From: Octopus bimaculoides
Lineage: Eukaryota
NCBI RefSeq assembly: GCF_001194135.2
Contig: NC_068985.1
Coordinates: 54,161,656-54,225,655 of the forward strand
Length of the DNA: 64,000 nt
Direction of reading: 5' to 3'
Below the pieces are notes generated by a model that saw only the letters and a list, made by a program, of their open reading frames with translations, did no database searches and had not been told where the DNA came from. A program made the position numbers and the translations under genes. Of the stretch, positions 1 to 12,171 are shown piece by piece. Position 1 is the first letter of the stretch. Each line of letters starts with the position of its first letter.

Positions 1-23
1 TCTGCCATTTATTGAATGCTATT

Positions 24-405
24 GTGGAGGCACAATGGCCCAGTGGTTAGGGCAGCGGACTCGCGGTCATAGGATCGCGGTTTCAATTCCCAGACAGGGT
101 GTTGCGAGTGTTTATTGAGCGAAATCACCTAAAAGCTCCATGAGGCTCCAGCAAGGGATGGTGGCGAACCCTGCTGTACTCTTCCACCACAACTTTCTCT
201 CACTCTTACTTCCTGTTTCTGTTGTGCCTGTAATTCAAAGGGTCAGCCTTGTCACACTGTGTCACGCTGAATATCCCCGAGAACTACGTTAAGGGTACAC
301 GTGTCTGTGGATTGCTCAGTCACTTGCACGTTAATTTCACGAGCAGGCTGTTCCGTTGATCGGATCAACTGGAACCCTCGATGTCATAAGCAACGGAGTG
401 CCATC
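24..405 (+). mobile_element. tRNA-derived SINE (family E1), young full-length copy
   Basis: Head has A-box-like TGGCCCAGTGG and B-box-like GTTTCAATTCC, CpGs are retained, and a 13-bp direct repeat ATTGAATGCTATT flanks it at 11-23 and 406-418 (TSD). Confidence 0.85.
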
Positions 406-619
406 ATTGAATGCTATTATTAGACGAAAGTAGAAAGTTAAATTTACATAAGGTTTTTTCTCGATGTTTGCTTTTGACTTAGAAGATCATTGATTATTGT
501 AGAGAGATTTCACTTTCATTACTCCTAATTTAACAGCATTTCTGGAGTTACAGATAGGCATATATATATATTCCTTTATTTATATTTCCCTAACCAAGTC
601 AATTTCTTTTCAAGAGTTT

Positions 620-1000
620 GCATAACTTCTTTCTTTCTCTCTATTTCCTCTCTTTTTCATTTTCTTTACTTTTCTCCATCACACCATCGTTCTTCTCTCA
701 TCCCCTCAAACTCCCTAAATATAGTGTACATATATGTATGCGTGTGTATATGTGTATATATAGATACACTCTTTCTCTCCCCTCTCTATTTTTTCACTTC
801 TCTCCAGCACACAATCTTTCTTTTCTCAGCCCCTCAACCTGTATTAAAGATACATACTCCCTCTCTCTTTCTCTCTCTGTCTCTTCACTTCTCTCCATCA
901 CACTGTCTTTCTTCTCTCAACGTCTCAATCTGCCTAAATATATAGACACATACACTCTTTCTCTGTTCCTCTCTCTTCTTAGCCTCTCAATCTCTCTAAA
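620..1000. repeat. CT-rich degenerate low-complexity tract
   Basis: Repeated ctctct/tttctc runs; explains ORFs 618..1097 and 724..945. Confidence 0.7.
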
Positions 1001-1411
1001 TAATGCCAACCACATTACAGTGAGAACAGGGTACATTTTTCATGGTACTGGCACACATGTATATTTGTACTATACAACAAAAACAGTATTAAATTAGAAT
1101 AACCATCTTTGTATCATACTTAATGCAGCCATGTTGTAGGACAGATTATGTCTTAGTATGTGGTTTATGTGGGTAAATGCTAATGACAAAGCCCAACAGG
1201 GCAAAAATGTATGGCTAGCATTTCACCACAGCTGCTGCATGATTTTTGACTGTTTTTGATATATTTTCATGTTTTTAACCGCAGTGCAACCACAAGTTCA
1301 TTATCTACAGACAAATACTGCGGTTAATTTACCTGTTATGATGTATCTGCATTATGTATAACAGATGGCAATGAATGTGGTATACAGAGATGTATATATA
1401 TGTCATTATTT

Positions 1412-1575
1412 AATGTTCATCTTCTATGCTAGTATGGGTTAATCTGACTGGATCTGAAATGCCAGAAGACTGCACTGAGCTTCAATGTCTATTTTTGGCA
1501 TGGTTTCTACAGCTGGATGTCCTTCCTAATGCCAAACACTTTACAGAGTGTACTGGGTACTTTTTCTCAATATTA
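1412..1575 (-). mobile_element. RTE-tailed retroposon (family D), old partial copy
   Basis: Shares GGCATGGTTTCTACAGCTGGATGYCCTTCCTAATGCCAA with other family D copies. Further old copies at about 2582-2830(-), 11170-11400(-), 13215-13440(-), 41045-41190(-), 49770-49980(+), 57480-57665(+), 59905-60170(-), 60735-60930(-). Confidence 0.7.
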
Positions 1576-2123
1576 TTTCAAATAAGGTCACCAAATAACT
1601 TACAAGACAGAGAAAAAGTCCCCTGGAGTGAGTAGGGGTATTATATTGAGGCAGGTGGCTTTCAGTTAGATGTTGAGAGGCTAAATATGAAAGGGGGACA
1701 TGAAGAGGTTTCTCACTATAAAGGAGATACAGGGTACCCTGTATTATGTAGGGGTGGATGGAAGTAGCTGGAAAGAGAGATAAAAACGGCGGTGACGAAT
1801 TGTCAGGGCATACTCTCATGGTACAAGGAGAGTATAAGAGATATGCAAACATATGTGTACATGTGCATGCACATGCGTGAGAGAGAGAGAGAGAGATAAC
1901 TTCACTATTACATGTTTCAAGCTACATCTGCTATCACTGTATAAGGTTGATAACTTCCAGCTCCCTACTACAGTAATTATGTGTAATACAGGAAGTGTAT
2001 CATAAGAAACTGATGAAACCAGTCTGTTCATATTCAGGTCTTTATCTCTTTATCCCTTACACAGGTTTAACAAAAGAACAACTAAAACAAATAACACTGA
2101 AAAAGGTTAAGAGATATAACATA

Positions 2124-2528
2124 GGTGCAGGCATGGCTGTGTGGTGAGAAGCTTGCTTCCCAACCATATGGCTCTGGGTTCAGTTCCACTGTGTGACAGC
2201 TTGGTAAAGTGTCTTCTACTATAGACTCTGCTCAACCAAGGCCTTGTCAGTGGATCTGGTAGGCAGAAACTGAAAGAAGCCCTTCATATATGTGTGTGTG
2301 TGTGTGTGTGTGTCTTCATGTCTGTGTTTATCCCCTACCACTGCTTGACAACCAGTATTGGTGTGTTTATGTCCTTGGAACTTATTTTGGCAAAAGAGAC
2401 CACTAGAGTGAGTACCAGGCTTAGATGAAATATAAGTACTGGAGTCAATCCAGTCGATTAAAAATTCATCAAAGTGGTGCTCCAGCATGGCCGCAGTCTA
2501 ATGATTGAAACAAGTAAAATATAAAAGG
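2124..2528 (+). mobile_element. tRNA-headed SINE family A
   Basis: Head GGCATGGCTGTGTGG...GGGTTCAGTTCC, core AAGTGTCTTCTACTATAG...GGAAACTGAAAGAAGCCC, internal (TG)n, tail CCAGCATGGCCGCAGTC...GAAACAAGTAAAA; the same modules recur in 10 or more copies here. Confidence 0.85.
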
Positions 2529-3565
2529 TAACTTATAATTTATACCTACCATTTTGTTCAAACTGAAAATTATATCAATAATTATCATCATCATTAAATT
2601 AATGTCCATTTTTGCATGCTGTCAAGAGATGGATGGTTCTCCAGACGCTAACAAGCTTCAGAGCTGTATCATGCCCCAACCTAAGCTTTGGCATGGTTTC
2701 TACAATATCCTGCTTGATTTCTGAAGCTGGATACCACCTTTCCTAATAGCAACTACTTTGCAGTGTGCACTGGGTGCTTTTTATGTCACACTGGCACTTG
2801 TAAGGTTGCTAAACAACTTGCAAGAAAGGGAAAAGAATATGCCCCCTTGACTGAGTGGGTTGAAAGAGGAGGTGGTGGTTTTGTGGCAAGTGTTGAAGGT
2901 GTTTTGTTACCCTACATTATGCAAGGGTGGATGAGAAAAGCTGGAAGGTAGATAAAGATGGTAAAGCACTTTTGTTAATATTATTTTACTTTTTCTTTCT
3001 CTGGCGGGTTTTAAAAACCTATTCTGGGTGTTTCACAGTTTATACCCTCCCTTATAGCCAGCTTTGAATATCTTAAAAGTTGTTTTTTTTTTTTTTCATT
3101 TTAAGAATTATTAGTAAATAATATTGTAATAATAGCAATCTCTCTTGCAAGGAAAAATTCCAATAATTTTGTTGATAGTTCCCATGCAACTATACCAGTA
3201 TAGTAAACAAGCCATGGTTGCTTTACTTGCTAGAAATAGCAGCTAAATATCATTTAAACTAAAGGCTACTGTATTGAAAAAGGACACATAGGCCAATGAA
3301 GACTGGAATATACCATGTCTGGAAAAAACCCACAAAATGATGGGATGGTCAAAGTTGGAATGCATGCAATGATTGATAAGTCTGCTCAATCAGGGATGAC
3401 CAGGAGCTATTATAACGTAGAATAAACAACCCTACTGATGACAAAAAAGTAGGTTCAGATCCTGAAAAATGGCAGAAGCAGTTTGAAACTAATATTTGAT
3501 AAATATGACTTGTTGAATAGAGTGGGATTAATGAAAGATGTGTCTACACTGTTCATGGAAAATAA

Positions 3566-3596
<31 letters not shown>

Positions 3597-4019
3597 CAAA
3601 TGAAATTATCTGCCACTACAACCTTTCCAATTACACCAGTTCTGGTACATAAAATATTAACACAACTATGATGTGGTTAGTACTGGAGCAGTGCCAAATA
3701 TGGATGGAGAAAACTTATCTAATTCATGCCAACCAACACAGAACTGAGATAGTGGTGATGATTATGATGATGATGATTAGGGTGGTGATGGTGGTGAGGA
3801 TGATTAGAGAATTTGATAGCATTTCCAAATGTTTTTTTTCTCTAATCTTATGATTCTTCCCTAACAGATAAACAATAGAGAGACCAGGAGGAGGTGGCAA
3901 TAAAAACAGTTGCTTTCCTTTATGATTTTGTTTTAATTAACCAAAGTGATTAATCTCAATATTGCTAAGATGATAATTGACAATACCAGGACACTGACAA
4001 CCTGTCTACTAAATCCAAA

Positions 4020-4235
4020 TATTGGTTTCAAATTTTGGCACAAGGCCAACAATTTCAGGGGAGGGGATAAGTATAAGACATCAACCCCAGTACTCAATTG
4101 GTACTTATTTTATTGACCTCAAAAAGATGAAAGATAATGTCAACCTCAGCAGAATTTGAACTCAGAATGTAGACAGATGAAATACCACTTAGCATTCTGC
4201 TTGGCATGCTTATGATTCTGTCAGCTCACCGCCTT
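4020..4235 (-). mobile_element. tRNA-headed SINE family C ((ATT)n-tailed)
   Basis: Reverse complement of the family C body (GAGTTCAAATT...AGGTYRACTTTGCCTTTCATC...AAGTACCAGT...GGGGTTGAT) seen intact at 40558-40770 and 58930-59140. Other copies at about 13085-13205, 18915-19000, 19135-19345, 40905-41040, 59715-59850, 63135-63260. Confidence 0.75.
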
Positions 4236-5200
4236 ACTAAGCCCAAAATACTGATGGTAAAACTTTGTACTTGCAATACTAGCACATTCTGAGATTACAT
4301 GTCATGATAGCATACCACCTTCAAGGGGTTTTGTTGATCTTACTGATCTCCTGGTACTTATTTCAGTTTGTCATTTAAATTATCAATCTATATTTATTGA
4401 GTGGCTAAGTTAATTTTAAGGCACAACACTAGTTTTGATTAGCAGTATTGTGTTGAACACAAATGCAAATGAAATAATATGAGGAGGTATTTGTTTTGTT
4501 ATTGTTGTAAATACTAGAAACTCAATGAATTTAAGAATTGTGTGACCTGAATAATAGCGAGCCCAATGCCACCATGAGTAAAGCTTATGTTAACAATATT
4601 AGACATCCTATTAACTGAGAGATAATTTCAATTATTAACTTGCACTAGGGGGTCAAGAAACTTTTTATATCTTTGATCCCTTCATGGAATCCCACCATCC
4701 AATGTAAATTTCTAAAATAAATAATGTAATTAATAAAAAATTTCTAAACAATTTCTAAACAATATTTTTTTTTTTTGTCATCACTGCTTTTTAATAAAGA
4801 AATATTAAAAAAAATTTAATGCAAATGCTTAACAAAATTGATAAAGAACAATAAAAATTCAGTGATATACTGATATAGTCAGAATATTTAATGTGAAATA
4901 TGTGTTGGATGAATACTAGCTATTACATTGATATTTGGCAGGAAATTAATGAGCTTTGCCTTAAATTACCATGTACTTCCAGATTCAGTTCACTAGTCAT
5001 TCAGTACACTTAATGCTCAAAATTACTTCAGGTGTTTATCGACCCCCTTGGAACACCACACAGACCCGCCAGAGTCAATATCAACCACTTTGTTAATGCC
5101 AGCTTTACACACAATAGAAAAAAAACAAAACATTTGTTGATTCCAACAGGTAATAATACCCAAAGCTAGCAGGAAAAGGAATTGGTTATTCAAAAATTTA

Positions 5201-6399
5201 TTAGGTTGGCAAGAAAGTAATTTCAGTTTTTTAGTGTGAAATAAAATTAAATTTTTTTTATACAAAGAATGAACTTTTAATCAATATGTTTTCCATTTTG
5301 TTCGATGACCTTTTGCCAGCTTTCTGGCAACTTCAGGTCATCATCATTATTGAAAGTTTTACCATTCAAAGAATTTTGCAATCATCGAAATAAATGGTAA
5401 TTTGATGGTGCAAGATCAGGGCTCTATGGGGAATGTGACATCACTTTCCAACCAAGCTCCAATAACTTTCCACGAGTTAGCAAAGACGTTGCCATGGTGG
5501 AACATGATTCTTTTACGATTTATCAATTCTGACCGTTTTCCTTTGATTGCTTCTTCCAGTTTCATTAGTTGTTAACAGTAAACATCTGAATTCATCACTT
5601 GGTTCCTTGGAAGCAGTTCAAAATACACAACACCTTTGTAATCCCACCAAATTGACAGCACAACATTTTTTTGATGCAATTTGGCTTTCAATGTGGTTTG
5701 TGCTGGTTCATTATGCTTGGACCATGATCGTTTTCAATTGATGTTATTGTAGACAATCCATTTTTCATCACCTGGGATGATTCATTTAAAAAAAAACATC
5801 AATTTCATTGCGTTTAAGATGCATATCACAAATACTGATTTGTTGTGTTAAGTGAATTGCTTTCCATTTATGTGGAACCCAAATATTGAGCTTCTTAGCA
5901 AGTCCAAGACATTTTAAGTGATTTTCAACTGTTGTGTGTGATACATTTAACCTCTCTGCAATCTCTCGCACAGTTATATGACAATCGGATTCAATTATGA
6001 CTTTGATTCAGTCATCAACTTCAGTAGGTCAACCAGAACATTGGCCATCTTTGAGTGCAAAATCTCCATAATGGAATTTATAAAACCATTTCTGACATGT
6101 GCATTCTGTTAAGCAATCAAGAACTTCACATATCTCTTTTTGAGCTTCAACAGCTTTCTTGCCTTTATGGAAATAAAACAGCAAAATAGGGCGAAAATGT
6201 TCGTTTTTGCACTCTCCATGTTAAAATTGACATTGAACTAACAGCTGTAAACAAAATTACATGCAATTTGTTTCTTAAAGTAAGCTAAAAGTAGCAACTA
6301 TCAAATGTTAAAAGGAAAAAATTATAACATTGACAGAAGTCATTCAAAAATATCCTAACTCTATTTGCAAACAATGAATTTATTTTCTTGCCAACCCAA
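5201..6399 (-). mobile_element. Full-length decayed mariner (Hsmar1/cecropia-like TIR)
   Basis: TIRs TA|TTAGGTTGGCAAGAAAGTAATTTC (5201) and GAATTTATTTTCTTGCCAACCCAA (ends 6399). ORF 5786..5971 has IWVPH (WVPHEL motif); downstream HSP*SPDLAPSNYHLFR. Stops, frameshifts and a third catalytic D changed to N make it inactive. Confidence 0.88.
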
Positions 6400-6655
6400 C
6401 AGATCAAATATCTCAGATTTGGTGTTGCTACAAACTCGAGACATTTAAGAGTTTATCAAATGATCTTGTTCATAATTTCATATATTTATAACTATTTCAG
6501 TAATCCTAATTAAATAATCTGGAGATGATCATTATATCTTATAAATTACTCCAGAGTAGTGGTTTATAAGATATAGTAGCAGCTCGACATAGCAAGTGAG
6601 TTTTAAGGGTTTGATCAAATAATCCAACAGCCATTATATTCTATTTGACTAAATG

Positions 6656-7345
6656 TATTGGGTCATCTCATAAATAAAGCAGTTTTTTTTCAATTGCATG
6701 AACTAAAAGTCAGATGGGGACGGGATAAACTACCTGCATCAACTTGCCATAAAAGCAGGTATTACTTTGTACTTATTCTTAGTGCAGTTTTGAAGAGTGC
6801 AATTCGATTTTAAGAGTTATTTTTTCAAAGTTATAATGTAAGTGACAGAGGAGCATATTCAGCATATTTTCCTTTATGAGTTCAATAAAGGTAACAATGC
6901 AACAGAAAGTGTGAGGAATATTAATAATGCAGTATATGAGGATTGGATAATAAGCGTAAGCCAGTGTCAACAGTGGTTCCAGAAATTCCAAGCTGGAAAC
7001 TACAGCCTAGGAGACAAGCCTTGTCCTGGAAGATCTGTAGAGCATGATGAGGATGTCCTGCAAACCCTGGTGGAACAAAATCCCATTGTATCTGTTGAGG
7101 AACTAGTAGAGAAGCTTGGATTTGGTCATTCAACCACTCATCGACACCTGCGCTAGAAGAAAAATGACCATCTTTGGTTTCAAGACAAAAGGTGTTCTTC
7201 CATCAGGATAATGCTCAGCCACATACAGCAAGGATGACATTCTACAGGTTGGAGTAGTCTGAATGGGAAACAATGCCCCACCCACCATATTTGCTGGACA
7301 TTAACCTATCTGATTATCATTCATTCTGCAGTCTTCAAAATCATT
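6656..7345 (+). mobile_element. Second mariner lineage, internally deleted and 3'-truncated
   Basis: Left end TATTGGGTCATCTCATAAATAAAGCAGTTTTT. ORF 6842..7156 is a mariner HTH (HIFLYEFNKGNNATES...WFQKFQAGNYSLGDKPCPGRS). It jumps directly to FHQDNAQPHT and HPPYLLDINLSDYH; no right TIR. Confidence 0.88.
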
Positions 7346-7598
7346 TCTCCTCCTCCTAGAGATAACCGTCAAGAACAAAAAGAAGAATCCCCTCAGCTGC
7401 ATCGAACACAAAGGATCCGGAAAGCCCCGGAAAGGTTATGATTTTTTTCCCTTCTTTTTCTAGGAGGGAGTGAATGTTATGCAAGTAATGTTGATATGAC
7501 AGGAAGAGGAAGAGAAAGAACGGCCATTCGGAATAACGTACAGGACTATGACTAAAAATTAGCTTCTTTGAACCAGGATTTACTAGTTATACATTACA
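7345..7598 (+). mobile_element. LTR-retrotransposon (Gypsy-like) 3' fragment: integrase tail, PPT and short LTR
   Basis: Reads PPPRDNRQEQKEESPQLHRTQRIRKAPERL*, like the RxxRxRKxPxRL pol C-terminus. This is followed by the purine tract AGGAGGGAG and a segment TGTTAT(7475)...ATTACA(7598) with TG..CA ends. Confidence 0.6.
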
Positions 7599-7945
7599 GG
7601 CACCTTGGGCAAGAGTCTTCTACTATAGGACCAGGTTGACTAATGTCTTCTTGAGTGAATTTGCACATGGAAAATGCATGAAAGCCCATCATGTGTGTGT
7701 TTGTGTGTGTGTATACACATTTACATAAGTGTGTGGGCATCTTTGTCACCTAGCACTGTTTGACAACTGTTATTGATTTGTTTACATCCCTGTAACTTAG
7801 TGGTTCAGCAAAACAGATTGACAGAAAAAATACCAGACTAATAAAATAAGTACAAAGATCAGTTTGTTCAACTAAACCCTTTAAGGTGGTGCCCCAGAAT
7901 GGCTGCAGTCCAATGAATGAAACAAGTAAGAGATAAAAAGATTAA
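7599..7945 (+). mobile_element. SINE family A, head missing
   Basis: Begins at GGCACCTTGGGCAAG immediately after the putative LTR; has the family A core and tail. Confidence 0.8.
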
Positions 7946-7962
7946 TGTAAAGAAGGAGTAAA

Positions 7963-8135
7963 TAATCTTTTCTACTCTAGGCACAAGGCCCAAAATTTTG
8001 GGGGAGGGGCCAGTCAATTAGTTTAACCCCAGTATGCAACTGGTACTTAATTTATCAACCCCGAAAGGATGAAAGGCAAAGTTGACCTCGGTGGAATTTG
8101 CCCAGCATGCTAACATTTCTGTCAGCTCACTGCCT
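7963..8135 (-). mobile_element. SINE family C
   Basis: Well-preserved reverse copy (TCTACTCTAGGCACAAGGCCC...GTTGACCTCGGTGGAATTTG) with an internal deletion in the head. Confidence 0.8.
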
Positions 8136-8679
8136 AGGGGTAAATGATGATAAAATCTTGAGTTCACAAAAGTTATTCCATAAGAAAACTCTACTAATGA
8201 ACTAGTGGAGTGTGAAAGTAGAAATATAGTATGAATGCTGAAATCACTAAGCAATATTTATCCTAAAAGCAATTATGAATAATAACCAAAAAAAAAAACA
8301 ACTTTCCTTTGCTCTTGTCCAATTTGTAAAATATTGGTTAAATAAAACAATAGAGCAACAAATATCCCTACTTTGCTTCTGTAGTACATAAAGTAGTAGA
8401 AATGTTGGAAAAATATCAAGCCGTATATGATCTTTAATGTAATCTAATAAACTAAAGGGTTGGATATCAATTAGAACCAGTTGGAAAAACATCAAAAATT
8501 TCTGAAATTAATTACATGTTTCTTGAAGAGAATAGTATGCAAGTATGTCTGTGGAAACTGAGAATTATTTCATGTTTTCTTTTAACCAAACACTCCACAA
8601 CCAAGACTGAGATGTGCATGATGTGAGTCAATATCACAGTCTAACAAAGGTGACATTTTTTTTATATGCACAACTAGAT

Positions 8680-8681
<2 letters not shown>

Positions 8682-8750
<69 letters not shown>

Positions 8751-8796
8751 ATGCGTGCGTGCGTGCGTGCGTGCATGCATGTGTGTGTGTGTGTGT
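8682..8796. repeat. (GT)n/(GCGT)n compound microsatellite
   Basis: Direct reading. Similar (GT)n, (GA)n, (AT)n tracts occur at about 14746, 15500, 15886, 21676, 27660-27785, 31390, 32001, 34915-35000, 35790, 35960, 41200-41280, 45836, 59630. Confidence 0.95.
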
Positions 8797-10520
8797 TCAG
8801 CAGTGTAAGTGGATGACAGACTCATGACATGATAATGCATGTTAGTGGAGCTGAGATTATACTTTTGAAAAGACAACAGAGAATGCTGTAGCAAAGGATA
8901 TCTTTCTTACTACTTTCCAGAAATAAGAAATAAAATAAATTCAGGAAAAATGTACTGACACAGAAGTCCAAAATTAAACAAATAAATTATCCATCAAACC
9001 CAAATGTTAATTCTTGAATATATCGAAACAATGAAGGTAAAAAAAAAATCAGAGTATTGAAGTTCACTTGTAAAACCTTTCTATCCCAGCAGATGTCAAT
9101 ACAGCCTTAATTTAATACCTTATATATTTTCAAAACAGACACTGTGTATGTACTATCCAAGTGAAAGCTGAATAATTATTACACTTGAAATGAGTAAAAC
9201 ATTTTACAAAAATACTGAAGTGGTTTTTTTTTTTGTTTCTTCTTTTTCTCATGACAAACCCACTCAAAATTAGATACACAAGGTGACTGGTTTCCTTCCT
9301 GGTTACCATATTAAACACTATTTTTTATGTGGCGCACTGTTGCACAGGAAAGACTGAATGTTTAAAGCACTACTGAATATTACAAATTGCTACTTCTGGT
9401 CCTGATTCACTTTGGGATCCTTTAGTTGAAGACTCGCAGCCATTTGCAATAAATACGATGCAGAATCCTATTTATTGCTTCACACAATGAATTTGAAAAT
9501 CTTAGTTGAAAATTTTTTTTTTCTCAACTAAAAAAATTTATTTGGCTAAAACTCAAAAATACACCAATAACAATAACAGAAAAATATTTTTTAAATCAAA
9601 ATTCAGAAGGCAGCAACAACTCAGCTTTGACAAACAGCTGAAAAAAGAGGCCATGTAAAAGTATTTGTAGAAGAGCTTCATAAAATACATCATGTTGTTT
9701 ACAAATGCCAAAAACACATAGCTTCAAATGAGTGATACTTATTTGAAAAATGGTAGAAAGTGTTGAAAAGTGGCAGCTATGGTTGTTCATGCTATGAATG
9801 AATTCAGCTCAAGTAATTTGACTTTTTAAACTCAAAAAAAAAAAACTGATCCTTCAACTAGACCCAGAAGAAAAGTGAACTTGACTATCAGAACATACAT
9901 TTTCATGGATATCTTACAAATAAAAACACAGAAAATGAAGAACTTACAGAGAAAGTGGGGAGAAGAAAAAAAAAACTTTTTGGTAAATAATTTGAATGGA
10001 AATACTAGTTGTAAATATCGTAAGTAGTTGGAATAAGACCAACCAAATACTAATGTTGATAACATCACACTTGCTGCCAACATTGGCAAAAAGAATGAAG
10101 ACTCTGCTAAAGGTAAAATATTTGTAAATGGTGCTCAACCACCTCTCACCAATGTAAACAGCAACAACAGAGATTCACTCTTGGATATGCCAGCTTTAAG
10201 ATATTTTCTACAACTTAGATTTTGGATACAAAGCTACAAAACTGATATGTCATTTCTAATTTGTGCCTACATTACATTCAGATGATTGTATTTTCATTTC
10301 CAGAACATGAAAATGATTCTGATAACTTTGAGGAAACAAACAGACTTTATTTACTCTAAGAGTTAGGATATTTGTTTGTTTTTTCTCAATGTGTAGAAAT
10401 TATGGTCGATACAAATGCATTTCTTTTGGCATTCATACAGCAAATACACTACATGCTGTGAACATTTATAAGGCTTGAAGAATCTATTGTTCTTTCCAGT
10501 TATGCTTAAAATTATTTTAA

Positions 10521-10723
10521 CTCTTTAACATAATCGGCCATATTCAGCCTCAATATTCTGTCTTACATTCAAACTGACCAAATCTGGCCTTTCATACCTG
10601 CCCTACAATGTTATTCTAAAAATAAACAATCACATCATTGAAATCTCACACCTAAACAGTAATGTACGATTAATTCAAAACAGATGTGAATATATTTGAC
10701 AAAGTAATCTGAATGTCAAAGGG
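10521..10723. mobile_element. TTAA-flanked MITE, piggyBac-type (family PB1)
   Basis: TTAA|CTCTTTAACAT...ATGTCAAAGGG|TTAA; homologous copies at 36803-37023 and 38572-38788. Confidence 0.75.
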
Positions 10724-11809
10724 TTAATGTATTTAGGAATTTCTATGCCCAGAACCTTTCAAATACAAAATTCATATGCATTTCATTTCATAAGCCTTAC
10801 TATGTTTACAACTATTTTTTGTGAAGCGATTTTCAAAGCTGGATTGACTTTGTCTCAAGAAAACGATACCTTGGTGATAAGCAAACAATTAAGCTGGTTA
10901 CTTCACATTTCTTCCTTCTCACAACCATCAAGAACCTAATCATTTTCACCTGATTCAAAAAAAAACATTATCTAGTTTTTACCACCAGTTTATCTTGTAG
11001 CTCTTCAACTTGTAAAGTTGTTTGAATTATTCACTGGAAATGTTACATCTGGTCAACTTCACAAAACAATGTGGAAGAACCGTTTTGAATCCAAGGTAAA
11101 CAAACAGAACTGTAATACGCTAACAGAAACATCATAATTATCATTGCCAGTAACAGCAGCAGTATCCCCATCATCATTAATGTCCATGTTCTATGCTGGC
11201 ATGGATTGGGGGTTTCAACAAGATCTGACAGGTCCAAGGAGTGCATAGGACTCGACTGCCTACTTTAGTACAGTTTTTATGGCTGGATGCCCTTCCTAAG
11301 ACCACCTACTTTACATAGTGTACTGGGTACTGTTTTCATGCCACCAGCACAAGTGAAGTTGCCATGGAGCTTGCAAAACTATGAATCTCAAAGAGAGCTA
11401 GCTTTATGCTAGGAGATGAGGGGTTTAAAGTACAAGAGAATGGGATAAAACTTAACAGATTTCTTGCTGTAAACAGGTTATGTCACTACTTACATTTCAA
11501 GTGATAGGGTGATATGGGCGGAGCAGAAAAGAGACGAAATAGTGATGAAGCATCTGAGGGGACCTTGAAGTACAAGAATAATTTACCCATATCTACTGGA
11601 AAAAAAGAAGTCTTTAAACACTAACAAACTCACTTTGAAAAACAAATCTTTTCTACTGGAAACAAATCTAAAAGTAGTAACAAACATGCCAAGAGTACTT
11701 TTTTTCTTTTTATTTATAGAAAACATCTTCAACAGTAAGGGAGGGTCTGCTGAAGCCATGAACACTAACCACTTCTCTTTTGACTAATACATAAAAACAT
11801 ACTATAGAT

Positions 11810-12118
11810 CAGGTCTGACCAACTCTAATTATATTGCAGGCCACTTTAATCACTGAATGTTTTTTGAGGGCCGCTTGTATACTGACAGAATTGAAAGCAT
11901 TTTGTTTTCTCATGATATTATTACAATAATGTATGTATGATTGTTGATTCAATATGAAACATTATCATTGCAAAAACAGTAGTATCCTTCTTTTTTACTT
12001 TTCATAACAATCTTTAATTTCTGATAAGATTTTTAAAGTATTTGTTTAAATAAATCCATTTCAAGAAAGTATCAAGATAAAAGTCTGCGGGCTGCAGGCC
12101 TCAGGTTGGCCAGCTCTT
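11810..12118. mobile_element. hAT-type MITE
   Basis: TIRs CAGGTCTGACCAAC and GTTGGCCAGCTCTT, subterminal GCGGGCTGCAGGCC, and an 8-bp TSD CTATAGAT (11802-11809) / CTATAGAC (12119-12126). Confidence 0.8.
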
Positions 12119-12171
12119 CTATAGACCTATGTACTATTTTAGCAAATGCATAAATATTGTGAGACCTTTCT

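Noticed and set aside
24-100. tRNA-like sequence (also the heads of SINE families A, B, C and E)
   Set aside because: A/B boxes are present but there is no complete cloverleaf, and each continues into a SINE body: not tRNA genes.
618-1097. 159-aa ORF
   Set aside because: Product of CT-rich low-complexity sequence (poly L/S/F); no domain.
4640-5105. Inverted GGGGGTC motifs suggesting a hAT-like MITE
   Set aside because: Only one recognisable terminus and no TSD.
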